Source: Candidatus Fibrimonadales bacterium (GTDB lineage Bacteria > Fibrobacterota > Fibrobacteria > Fibrobacterales > Fibrobacteraceae). Taken from it: a stretch of DNA of 33,354 nucleotides. Made by a program: the position numbers and the translations under genes. A model generated the notes under the pieces. It ran no database searches. It was not told the DNA's origin and saw only the letters and a list, made by a program, of their open reading frames with translations. Position 1 is the stretch's first letter. Each line of letters begins with the position of its first letter. The stretch is taken from the NCBI GenBank assembly GCA_009788135.1, contig WQSA01000001.1, forward strand, positions 4,106 to 37,459, given 5' to 3'. Below, in pieces: positions 26,359 through 33,354 of the stretch.

Positions 26359-27684
26359 CGCTGATACAGACATTTCGCTTATTACGAGGCTTGGAACTTT
26401 TATGCTTGAGTAAGAATCGCTATATTCGCTGCCTATTCCAACTATGTTCTTTATCAAATCGAAGAAATTCGCTGAAATGGTCAGATTGTCCGCTGCATGA
26501 AGCGGGACTCCGTTTTCGCACCAGAAGCCCTGAGCTCCTATGCTTATCTCGCCGCTTACGCTGTTGCAGCCAGAGCTTCCTTCCAAATGATTTATAAGCA
26601 GGCACTTCGGAAACGCAGACAGCATTTCTTGCTTGGACAACTGGCCCAGAGGAACAACCGCATTCATAAAACTTGTCCCAGCCTTGCCGGAAAAACCTCT
26701 AGTGCCATGCCCGGTGCTTTTGCGATTTTCTTCCGAAGCGGATTCCAAGTTGTATAAAAAGCTATTAAACACCCCATTTTCAACGACTTTCAACGCAGCG
26801 GTTGGAACTCCTTCGCTATCCAAAAGCGTTGAACCTGGCAAATCCGGCATCAGAGGTTCGCTGAAAAGGGAAAATTTTTCGCTCGCTATTGTTTCTCCCA
26901 AACGGCCTTTTAGCTTGGACAAATCTTTTTGCGCTTTTTCCGCATAAAAAGACGAGAGATATATTGACAAAATGCTTGAGGCAATTCTTTTTGATAAAAT
27001 CACCGGTATTTTACCGCTTTTTATTGGCTTTGGCGACAGCAATTCTTTCGCTCTGGAAACGGCCTCAGCCGCTATCTGCTCCGAGGAAACGCTGTCAAAA
27101 TCCTTGCCGCCCTTGCTGTACCAGCCCATTTTCACAACGCCCTTCCGCTCGGCAACAGCGCCAACGCCTATGCCAAAGTAGTTTCTCTTCTCTTCAAAGA
27201 AAACTCCCTTGCTGTTAGCAAAAATCGTTGTTGAAGATGAGATGTCTGCACCCAAATCCGGGACATTTTTTATTTCGTTCGCAGCCAAAACCTGTTTTTC
27301 AATGCTTAAGCACATGCTCAACAATTCATTTATATCCACGCTTTCCAGCTTGGGGTTGTAGGTTGGAAGTGCCGAGCCAAGAGGCGCTGGTTCAGGCAAT
27401 TCCGCATTTATGGGTTTTGTGTATTCGCTGTTGGAAATGGCATCTGCCAGAGCTTGCGATAGAGACTCTTTTGAAAATTTTTCCGTTGAGGCATAGCCAG
27501 GTTTTTGATTTTTGAAAACGCGGATGCCTATTCCGCAAGAGTTTGAGATTTCCGTATTCTGCAAGGCTCCGTTGAAAACAGAAATGCTCTTGCTATCCTG
27601 ATTTCCAGCCAAAACATCAAACTGCTCCGCGCCGCTTTTTTTAGCTATCTCGCTCAAATACTCAACCGATTCATGCATATTCAT
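26356..27684 (-). CDS. pmbA: PmbA/TldE-family (peptidase U62) protein
   Basis: Start set at ATG 27682-27684 (MNMHESVEYLSEIAKK), forming an ATGA overlap with the upstream stop; this gives 442 aa. The TldD/PmbA fold is recognised from overall sequence pattern. No HExxxH motif is present, which fits PmbA rather than TldD. Confidence 0.75.
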   Translation of the reverse strand: MNMHESVEYLSEIAKKSGAEQFDVLAGNQDSKSISVFNGALQNTEISNSCGIGIRVFKNQKPGYASTEKFSKESLSQALADAISNSEYTKPINAELPEPAPLGSALPTYNPKLESVDINELLSMCLSIEKQVLAANEIKNVPDLGADISSSTTIFANSKGVFFEEKRNYFGIGVGAVAERKGVVKMGWYSKGGKDFDSVSSEQIAAEAVSRAKELLSPKPIKSGKIPVILSKRIASSILSIYLSSFYAEKAQKDLSKLKGRLGETIASEKFSLFSEPLMPDLPGSTLLDSEGVPTAALKVVENGVFNSFLYNLESASEENRKSTGHGTRGFSGKAGTSFMNAVVPLGQLSKQEMLSAFPKCLLINHLEGSSGCNSVSGEISIGAQGFWCENGVPLHAADNLTISANFFDLIKNIVGIGSEYSDSYSSIKVPSLVISEMSVSA

Positions 27685-28343
27685 ATGTTCGCATTCCTTA
27701 TAATAACCGAATTTTCCCAATTTACCAAAAGCGAAACTCTGTACTTTGGATTAAGCATTTCCCAGTAAAAATCAAGGGTTTCCTGAGCGGTATTTTTTAT
27801 TGGCATTGAGCGAGGAAGACCCATAAACGATTGCAGGGGGTCTGAATCGCCTTCGTAGGTCGTGAGCATTTCGCCAGTGCCTGCAGTGCCAGCTTCTTTG
27901 TCAATGAAAATAGACTCTCGTTTGGGCGTGGCTTTTATTATCGAAAGAGCGTAGGATTTATCCGGATAAAATATGCCTGAGATTCTCGGAGTGTAGTTTG
28001 GGGCATCGGGTTCAAAGGTTCTGGTTTTGAGCGCTTCTTCGGCAGTCTTGCCGCTTTTCAGGAACTGCGCTATGGTATCGGTTTGGTCGCCGTTGCTTAT
28101 TATGTAAATATCGTTTATGATTTTCAGCGGCGTATATATTATCAAGCTTGGATCGGTAACCTTTTTTTCATCGAATGCTTTTGTGCTTACGGAGCCGTCT
28201 TCGTTTTTAACGAAAATTCTGTTTTTGCTGTTCTCGCTTCTGCCCATAATCCAATAGACTTGAACTCGTTCGCTGTTCGGGCCAAGGCCCATTATTATGC
28301 CTCTTCCAGGGTATGCGTTGTTTTTTAGCCAATCCATTTTCAC
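27681..28343 (-). CDS. IMP cyclohydrolase-like protein (archaeal PurO-type family)
   Basis: 220 aa with YPGRGIIMGL near the N-terminus, ISNGDQTDTI and NYTPRISG. The start is either GTG 28341-28343 (GTGA overlap with the upstream stop) or ATG 28335-28337. Confidence 0.65.
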   Translation of the reverse strand: MKMDWLKNNAYPGRGIIMGLGPNSERVQVYWIMGRSENSKNRIFVKNEDGSVSTKAFDEKKVTDPSLIIYTPLKIINDIYIISNGDQTDTIAQFLKSGKTAEEALKTRTFEPDAPNYTPRISGIFYPDKSYALSIIKATPKRESIFIDKEAGTAGTGEMLTTYEGDSDPLQSFMGLPRSMPIKNTAQETLDFYWEMLNPKYRVSLLVNWENSVIIRNANI

Positions 28344-28957
28344 CTCATATCAATTTCATCTGTGCCGTACGGGGCTTTGAATTTAAAGTCTTTTTCCGAA
28401 AATTTCTCTTTGGTCAAATTTTCAATTGAATACCATGTATCATTGCCAAAGTTGTCTATTGTGTGCAAGCGAACCGGGGAGCAATCGTTTTGGTTAAGCC
28501 AAACATCCATAGATTTGAACTGGTCTTTGTATTTGTCCGGGTTGAGCTTCAGGGCATGGACGCTTTTGTTTTTCCACACTTCTTTTTTTGCGCTGACGGC
28601 TTTTGTGTTGAGATAGCGAAAGAGGATTTCGCTCGGCTGCAATTTATTTTCCAAATCCGAGATAAGCTTGATAAGCAGTTGTTTTTGCAGGGGATTGTAT
28701 TGCCACAGGTTTACGCCATCGCTCATAATTTGCAGATCCGGCATTGCAAGCGCAAATCTGTTTTTGCTTGAAGTTATAAGCGTACCGCTTTTTTGCATTT
28801 CTTCGCCCGTGCCGGAGACTCTAGTCAGCATTTGAAAACTGAATTTAAGTTCTGCATCTTTGCCAAAGTAGTTTGCGGAACATTTTAGCAGGGAATCTGC
28901 CTGCGTTGCGAAAACGGAAGTGAGGGCTAATAAGAGCAGAGCTACAATCTTGTGCAT
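28340..28957 (-). CDS. LolA-like outer-membrane lipoprotein carrier family protein
   Basis: 205 aa with a signal peptide (ALLLLALTSVFA) and a LolA-like pattern: FSFQM...GTLITSSKNRFALAMPDLQIMSDGVNLWQYNP. Confidence 0.6.
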   Translation of the reverse strand: MHKIVALLLLALTSVFATQADSLLKCSANYFGKDAELKFSFQMLTRVSGTGEEMQKSGTLITSSKNRFALAMPDLQIMSDGVNLWQYNPLQKQLLIKLISDLENKLQPSEILFRYLNTKAVSAKKEVWKNKSVHALKLNPDKYKDQFKSMDVWLNQNDCSPVRLHTIDNFGNDTWYSIENLTKEKFSEKDFKFKAPYGTDEIDMR

Positions 28958-28978
28958 TGAGAAGTAATTTAGAAATTA
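28958..28978 (-). promoter_or_regulatory. candidate promoter / short-leader element (CTAATTTC-TAAATT-ACTTCTCA-ATG)
   Basis: The motif instance lies in the 18-nt gap and overlaps the stop of the upstream gene. No SD is present. Confidence 0.4.
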
Positions 28979-29653
28979 GTCCTGGACGCACCGCACGCTG
29001 AACAAATAGCTCTTGGTATTGTTGTGCCAATAAACGCCATCTCCATTGGATATCATGCCCCGAAAGAAAGCGCTATAGTTGAAACTCTCATTGGAGCTCC
29101 ACCAGTAGCCGCTATCGTCAGCATTGCCAAAGTTGCCGCCAGAATAGCCGTAGCCTCCAGGCAAGGCTGAAAAATTATGAGTGTCTTTGCACAGATGAGA
29201 GTTATCAGACGGGCCGCAATTATACCAACCCTTTTTAGCCTTTAAATATCTTCCTGCTATAGAGCTGGTATATACAGAGCGGAACAATTGATCCCATTCC
29301 TCGTTGCTGGGAATATGCCAACCATCGGGGCAAATACCCCTATGCTTTGGCGCTATCTGGCTTGCGCAATGCCTGGAATTGCAATTTGAGGCGAGATTCA
29401 TCGCTGTGGACCAGTTATACAACCTGCCATACCTATCGCAATTGGACTCTAAATTATTGTAACACATGCTGCCAACCGCATCGTAATTCAAATTCTCGGC
29501 CATCCATGTCTGGTTGCCTATTTTTACAGTTTTGTAGGTCTTGCCCTCATAAGTAATGGTGCCGCCAGACAAATCGCCAAGCGGACGGAAAATGACAAAA
29601 GACAGGACTAGCAAACATCCCGCTGCCAATAAAATAAACTTACCTCTATTCAT
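28976..29653 (-). CDS. Fibrobacter succinogenes major paralogous domain (FISUMP-type) protein, secreted or membrane-anchored
   Basis: 225 aa with GNQTWMAENLNY, YGRLYNWSTA, CPDGWHIPSNEEWDQL and YWWSS, which are hallmark motifs of that family as I recall them. Confidence 0.8.
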   Translation of the reverse strand: MNRGKFILLAAGCLLVLSFVIFRPLGDLSGGTITYEGKTYKTVKIGNQTWMAENLNYDAVGSMCYNNLESNCDRYGRLYNWSTAMNLASNCNSRHCASQIAPKHRGICPDGWHIPSNEEWDQLFRSVYTSSIAGRYLKAKKGWYNCGPSDNSHLCKDTHNFSALPGGYGYSGGNFGNADDSGYWWSSNESFNYSAFFRGMISNGDGVYWHNNTKSYLFSVRCVQD

Positions 29654-29677
29654 AGGAATAATAAATATAGAAAATTC
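29654..29677 (-). promoter_or_regulatory. candidate promoter / short-leader element (GAATTTTC-TATATT-TATTATTCCT-ATG)
   Basis: The motif instance lies in the 30-nt gap. Its spacing to the ATG (10 nt) is the longest of the set. Confidence 0.35.
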
Positions 29678-29683
29678 AAAAAC

Positions 29684-30409
29684 TCATTTCAAGCGTTCCA
29701 TATACCCTTTTTTATCTTGGGCAAGCATAAAAGACTCCCCTATTAGAACTGCATCCACGCCGCATTCTCTTAAAAACTGCATATCTTCGGGGGTCTTTAT
29801 CCCGCTCTCGCTTACCTTAATCGCATGGCTCGGAATCAAGGAGCAAAGCCGTTTTGTGGTTTGCAAATCTACGTTGAAGGTCTTTAAATCTCGGTTGTTT
29901 ATGCCTATAATTTTAGCTCCTGCGTTCAGAGCGTTTTCCGTTTCTTCCTCGTTGTGAACTTCGACAAGCGAGGAAAGGCCTATTGAATGGGCAAGCTCAA
30001 TGAATTTCTTCAGTTTTTCGTTTTCCAGAATTGCGCATATAAGCAGAACTGCGGATGCGCCCAAGAATTTAGCCTCGTATATTTGAAATGCGTCTATAAT
30101 GAAATCCTTGCGCAGAACCGGGATTTTAACCTCTTTGGCAATGCATTGCAAATACTCGTCTTCGCCTTTGAAAAATTCCGGCTCAGTTAAGACTGAAATG
30201 GCGCTAGCCCCGGCAGCTTCGTATTCTTTTGCTATTTTCAAATATGGAAAATCCTCGACAATCACGCCTCTGGACGGCGATGCTTTTTTCACTTCGCAAA
30301 TAAAGGAAATGCCATCTTTCCTCAACGCCTGTTCAAAAGGAAACTCGCTTTTTTTTATTCCTGCAATGCGCATTGCTGTACTGGCAACTATTGCATCGAG
30401 CTTATTCAT
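29684..30409 (-). CDS. trpC: indole-3-glycerol-phosphate synthase
   Basis: 241 aa with FICEVKKASPSRGVI, LTEPEFFKG, PVLRKDFIID, IGINNRDLKTF and ESGI. Confidence 0.9.
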   Translation of the reverse strand: MNKLDAIVASTAMRIAGIKKSEFPFEQALRKDGISFICEVKKASPSRGVIVEDFPYLKIAKEYEAAGASAISVLTEPEFFKGEDEYLQCIAKEVKIPVLRKDFIIDAFQIYEAKFLGASAVLLICAILENEKLKKFIELAHSIGLSSLVEVHNEEETENALNAGAKIIGINNRDLKTFNVDLQTTKRLCSLIPSHAIKVSESGIKTPEDMQFLRECGVDAVLIGESFMLAQDKKGYMERLK

Positions 30410-31409
30410 TGGTCAACCTTACGAAATTCTTCAGTTGTTCAAGCGCTTTCCCGCTATCTATAGTCTCCGTTGCAAGCTTGACTGCTTCTTGCATTGTGAT
30501 TTGCGGCTTTGCTATGTGAATAGCGGCGGCAGAATTTAACAGCACGGTATCAAACTTCGGGCCTCTTATGCCAGACAAAATATCCGTAGTTATCTTAGCG
30601 TTTTCCTCTGGAGTTCCACCGAGCAAGTCTTCTTTTTTGCAACGCTTAAAGCCGAACTGCTCAGGGGTTATCTCATATTTTTTAAGCCATCCGTCTCTGA
30701 ATTCGCAAACTTTCGTAGAAGCGCTCATGGAAATTTCGTCAAGTTTATCCGTGCCAAAAACCACCATTCCGCTCTTAACGCCCAAGTTCAAAAGCACCTG
30801 TGCCATAGGCTCTAATAGCTCGTCATCGTAAACGCCCAGAAGCTGCATGGTTGATCCTGCGGGGTTCACAAGAGGACCCAAGATATTGAATATGGTTCTT
30901 ATGCCGAGTTCTTTGCGAACAGGGGCTACGTATTTCATTGAGAGGTGATAGTTTTGCGCAAACAAAAAGCATAAATTTATAGCCTGCAAAATTTTAACGC
31001 TGTGTTCCGGAGCGATGTCCAATTTAACGCCAAGCGCATTCAAAACATCTGCCGAGCCCGACCTGCTGCTGGCAGCACGGTTGCCGTGTTTTGCAACAGG
31101 AATTCCGCAGGAAGAAGTCACTATTGCGGTGGTGGTTGAAATGTTGAAAGTATTAGCTCTGTCTCCGCCCGTACCCACAACTTCCAGGCATTCCATATTG
31201 TGCAGAACCCTGACGCAATGTTTGCGCATTCCGATTGCGCTTGCGGTTATTTCTTCTATGGTTTCGCCTTTGACCGCCATTGCGGTTAAAAACGCGGAAA
31301 TTTGTATATCTGTAGCATGGCCGCCCATAATCTCGTCCATTACGGCTTCGGCAACTTCCGGGGACAGGTTTTGCTTTGCAGCGACTTGAGTAATAGCTTC
31401 TTTTATCAT
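30402..31409 (-). CDS. trpD: anthranilate phosphoribosyltransferase
   Basis: Start set at ATG 31407-31409 (MIKEAITQVAAKQNLS), giving 335 aa. Motifs: VVGTGGDRANTFNISTT, AKHGNRAASSRSGSADVLEALG-like, and NPAG. The track's N-terminal extension overlaps the upstream gene. Confidence 0.9.
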   Translation of the reverse strand: MIKEAITQVAAKQNLSPEVAEAVMDEIMGGHATDIQISAFLTAMAVKGETIEEITASAIGMRKHCVRVLHNMECLEVVGTGGDRANTFNISTTTAIVTSSCGIPVAKHGNRAASSRSGSADVLNALGVKLDIAPEHSVKILQAINLCFLFAQNYHLSMKYVAPVRKELGIRTIFNILGPLVNPAGSTMQLLGVYDDELLEPMAQVLLNLGVKSGMVVFGTDKLDEISMSASTKVCEFRDGWLKKYEITPEQFGFKRCKKEDLLGGTPEENAKITTDILSGIRGPKFDTVLLNSAAAIHIAKPQITMQEAVKLATETIDSGKALEQLKNFVRLTNE

Positions 31410-31430
31410 GACTGGGAATTTAGAAAAACG
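31410..31430 (-). promoter_or_regulatory. candidate promoter / short-leader element (CGTTTTTC-TAAATT-CCCAGTC-ATG)
   Basis: The motif instance lies in the 22-nt gap upstream of trpD. No SD is present. Confidence 0.4.
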
Positions 31431-31431
31431 T

Positions 31432-32316
31432 CTAACCCGGCGGCTGCGGACCAACGCCACCGTTGGAGCAACTGCCTGTGAACAACTTTCCATCTTTTTG
31501 GCAACTATGAACTAATTCTTGACAAGAATCACCTATCTGACCCATATTGGAATATAGAGCATAGCAAACACCTGACCACAGGCAATAATATTGACTGCCA
31601 TTGCTATCTTTGCACTCAGATACCTGCGTACCGCCAACGTTGGAGCAACTTATGCCTTCGCCCCATCCGTTGCCTTCATGTAACGCTGACGGATGAACAT
31701 TTATAAATAACTCTCCTTCATTTTGGCAAAGAGAAACTAAATCTGGACAAGGCACGCCTTTATTGGTATATATATTATCAATAGCATGGCAACCTAATGG
31801 CCACTGGCAATAATATTGATTGCCACTGCCATCTTTGCACTCACCATCAATATTGCCTTCATAATTTCCTGAACTGGAACTGCTCAATATGGTAGAACTG
31901 CTTGAGTAAAAGAGAGAGGAACTGCTACTTGAGGAAATCTGCGTTGCGCTGGAATAAATCCACGTTGTGCTGGAAGAACTTGTGAGGCTTGACGAAGAAC
32001 TGCTTGGAATATTTGAAGAGGAACTACTTGAAACGCTAGACGAACTCGGCGCAAGCACAGACGAACTGCTAGGCAACTGACCGACCGAACTGCTGCTAGA
32101 CGGCAAAGAAACGCTGGAGGAGCTTGGAACTGGCACAGACGAACTCGAAGAAGCTAAAGAACTGCTGCTAGGTTGAACAACTGACCCAGAACTGCTGCTC
32201 GGCTCTGCACCACCATCCCCAACGTAATTAACGCCGTTGGGGTCATGTGCGTGGTCTCGCTGCCAATCGGTGCAGCCAAAAAGAAAAAGCAATGAAAAAC
32301 TAAATATCAAAACCAT
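31432..32316 (-). CDS. Ser-rich lipoprotein with two C-terminal 5-Cys modules (unknown function)
   Basis: 294 aa with a lipobox (LFLFGC, Cys15). Residues 39-149 are almost pure Ser/Pro/Val linker. The two modules (C160-F204 and C235-F279) have identical Cys spacing. Confidence 0.75.
   Translation of the reverse strand: MVLIFSFSLLFLFGCTDWQRDHAHDPNGVNYVGDGGAEPSSSSGSVVQPSSSSLASSSSSVPVPSSSSVSLPSSSSSVGQLPSSSSVLAPSSSSVSSSSSSNIPSSSSSSLTSSSSTTWIYSSATQISSSSSSSLFYSSSSTILSSSSSGNYEGNIDGECKDGSGNQYYCQWPLGCHAIDNIYTNKGVPCPDLVSLCQNEGELFINVHPSALHEGNGWGEGISCSNVGGTQVSECKDSNGSQYYCLWSGVCYALYSNMGQIGDSCQELVHSCQKDGKLFTGSCSNGGVGPQPPG
31870..32202 (-). repeat. low-complexity Ser-codon repeat region (imperfect AGCAGTTC-type reiterations)
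   Basis: gaactgct and close variants recur many times on the plus strand. The region encodes SSSS-rich linkers. Confidence 0.8.
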
Positions 32317-33161
32317 AGGTGCACTCCTATGCCTGCGGCAAGAAAAACGCCACCTGCAACAAATGAAACATTCCTGGCTGTCCTGGCATCGTCAACTTTC
32401 TGCCAGGCGCCGTCAAACTGGGAAGGGGAAGAATTGGGATTCAACGAAACATAGTCGTCATACATATCAGCCCCATGCTTCTCCTGCGTATAGCCATAAA
32501 CAAGAAGGCCGGCACCAACCAAGTCAAGAGCAAGAGCTACCCAGAAACTTGCATTGCTTTTCTTCTCAACGCCGCCAACCTGAGGGTCTATCTTTTTTTC
32601 CGCCGGCTTATCGTAGTCAAGCATGGCATCAATATCTTTTGCCAAAGAAACCGCAGGCTTCTGGTTGGCTATTCCGGCAAACAAATCCGGGGCTTTTTCC
32701 CGAATTGTATTGAGCAAACCCATAACATCCCTGCTTTCCGTGACGAAGCTGCCCAAAAGGTTCCCGCTTATGGACTCGTAAAGCTCGACCGTCAAGGTCA
32801 GCATGCCGCTAAACTCGCCTACGAAGCCCTGCGTTATATACTCAGCCCCGATTGCCCTGCCAATCTCAACGGCGCAGCTTTCGGCAAGGCAAGCCGCCTC
32901 TTCCGAATCCGGGGGCAGCAGCGACATGATGTTGTCGCGGGTAAGAATGGTGTATTTGCCTTTGGGCAAGGCTTCTCGGGCCTTCGTGCGAAGCTCGTCC
33001 GTCAAATGGCGGGATTCCAGAACTTTCAGATCCACGCCCTCGGCCGGGACTATTTCCAGAACCGCAACCGTGCCAACAGCGCTGGCAAAAGAAGCGAGAA
33101 GAAGAACGGCGAAAACAAATTTTTTAATTTGCTGCTTGAAGTAGCATTGTATATGGCTCAT
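32307..33161 (-). CDS. envelope protein: signal peptide, CsgG/LpoB-like alpha/beta domain, C-terminal TM segments (hypothetical)
   Basis: 284 aa. The pattern VAVLEIVP...LTDELRTKAREAL...ILTRDNIMSLL...CLAESCAVEIGRAIGAEYITQGFVGEFSGMLTLTVELYE resembles CsgG/LpoB-type lipoprotein domains. It overlaps the downstream gene by 10 nt. Confidence 0.45.
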   Translation of the reverse strand: MSHIQCYFKQQIKKFVFAVLLLASFASAVGTVAVLEIVPAEGVDLKVLESRHLTDELRTKAREALPKGKYTILTRDNIMSLLPPDSEEAACLAESCAVEIGRAIGAEYITQGFVGEFSGMLTLTVELYESISGNLLGSFVTESRDVMGLLNTIREKAPDLFAGIANQKPAVSLAKDIDAMLDYDKPAEKKIDPQVGGVEKKSNASFWVALALDLVGAGLLVYGYTQEKHGADMYDDYVSLNPNSSPSQFDGAWQKVDDARTARNVSFVAGGVFLAAGIGVHLWF

Positions 33162-33182
33162 GCATGGTAACCTAGAAAATTC
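33162..33182 (-). promoter_or_regulatory. candidate promoter / short-leader element (GAATTTTC-TAGGTT-ACCATGC-ATG)
   Basis: The motif instance lies in the 67-nt gap upstream of ATG 33159-33161. No SD is present. Confidence 0.4.
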
Positions 33183-33228
33183 GCTGACTAAACAATCATG
33201 TTAATCCTAAAATCGGGGGTATCGGGGT

Positions 33229-33354
33229 TTAGACAGTTGTTAGTCTTTTATATTCCTGCTTATCCGTTAAGTCCACGCTTTGCGGGCTAAGCGTTGCATA
33301 GCCTTGGGCAAGCCACCAGTCATCGGTTCCTTCGCGAGAATCCGGGTTTTTATG
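33229..33354 (-). CDS. 3' end of an unidentified gene entering from the right window edge
   Basis: My translation gives an open frame ...HKNPDSREGTDDWWLAQGYATLSPQSVDLTDKQEYKRLTTV, ending at TAA 33229-33231. It is too short to classify. Confidence 0.3.
   Translation of the reverse strand, partial: HKNPDSREGTDDWWLAQGYATLSPQSVDLTDKQEYKRLTTV

Noticed and set aside
31410-31493. N-terminal extensions of track ORFs: trpD to 31493, rfbG to 3108, rfbF to 3872, pmbA to 27720, the GT4 to 15945, the epimerase to 16892 and the recombinase-like gene to 17692
   Set aside because: The extensions overlap the preceding genes and add non-homologous residues. Internal ATG or GTG starts restore canonical N-termini and give ATGA/GTGA coupling or the recurrent upstream element.
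31870-32202. Periodic gaactgct-type repeats, considered as a CRISPR-like or satellite array
   Set aside because: The units are imperfect and contiguous, lack spacers, and lie in-frame within a CDS encoding poly-Ser. This is coding low complexity.
33212-33227. G-rich ATCGGGG(G)-T-ATCGGGG sequence downstream of the partial gene, considered as a rho-independent terminator
   Set aside because: It is a short direct repeat, not an inverted repeat. No stem can form, and the T-run on the coding strand is not preceded by a hairpin.

Overview
The window is tightly packed and almost entirely minus-strand coding. All family assignments come from motif recognition by eye; no database search was run. I found no rRNA, tRNA, CRISPR array or transposase. 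A Fibrobacter-type 'major paralogous domain' protein and Ser-rich lipoproteins suggest a Fibrobacterota/FCB-group genome (inference).

Layout:
- 1-17653: a surface-polysaccharide (O-antigen/CPS-type) locus of about 17 kb, mostly translationally coupled. It carries a CDP-sugar module at the 3' end: rfbF, rfbG, an RmlC-like cupin, a C-methyltransferase and a DegT aminotransferase. It also has seven glycosyltransferases (four GT4, one GT2, one GT8-like, one WbsX-like), two SAM methyltransferases, two paralogous hexapeptide acetyltransferases, a Wzy-like polymerase and an SDR epimerase. Its first gene encodes a degenerate tyrosine-recombinase-like protein.
- 17696-18487: uppP, the only plus-strand gene.
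- 18480-25227: a type IV pilus operon, pilM-pilN-pilO-(PilP-like fusion)-pilQ, followed by a membrane GAF/PP2C phosphatase.
- 25252-33354: a PilZ protein, PmbA, a PurO-like IMP cyclohydrolase, a LolA-like protein, the FISUMP-type protein, trpC, trpD, a Ser-rich Cys-module lipoprotein and an envelope protein.

Most notable observations:
- A perfect 15-bp inverted repeat with a 7-nt spacer fills most of the 42-nt gap between uppP and the recombinase-like gene. It looks like a lox/FRT/dif-type core site, or a symmetric bidirectional promoter.
- A recurring TTT(A)C-TAnnTT element lies 6-10 nt upstream of nine start codons that lack a Shine-Dalgarno sequence. This suggests leaderless or near-leaderless transcription units.
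- A decayed 5' remnant of a second rfbF copy, with its own copy of that element, sits inside the polysaccharide locus and looks like a recombination scar.
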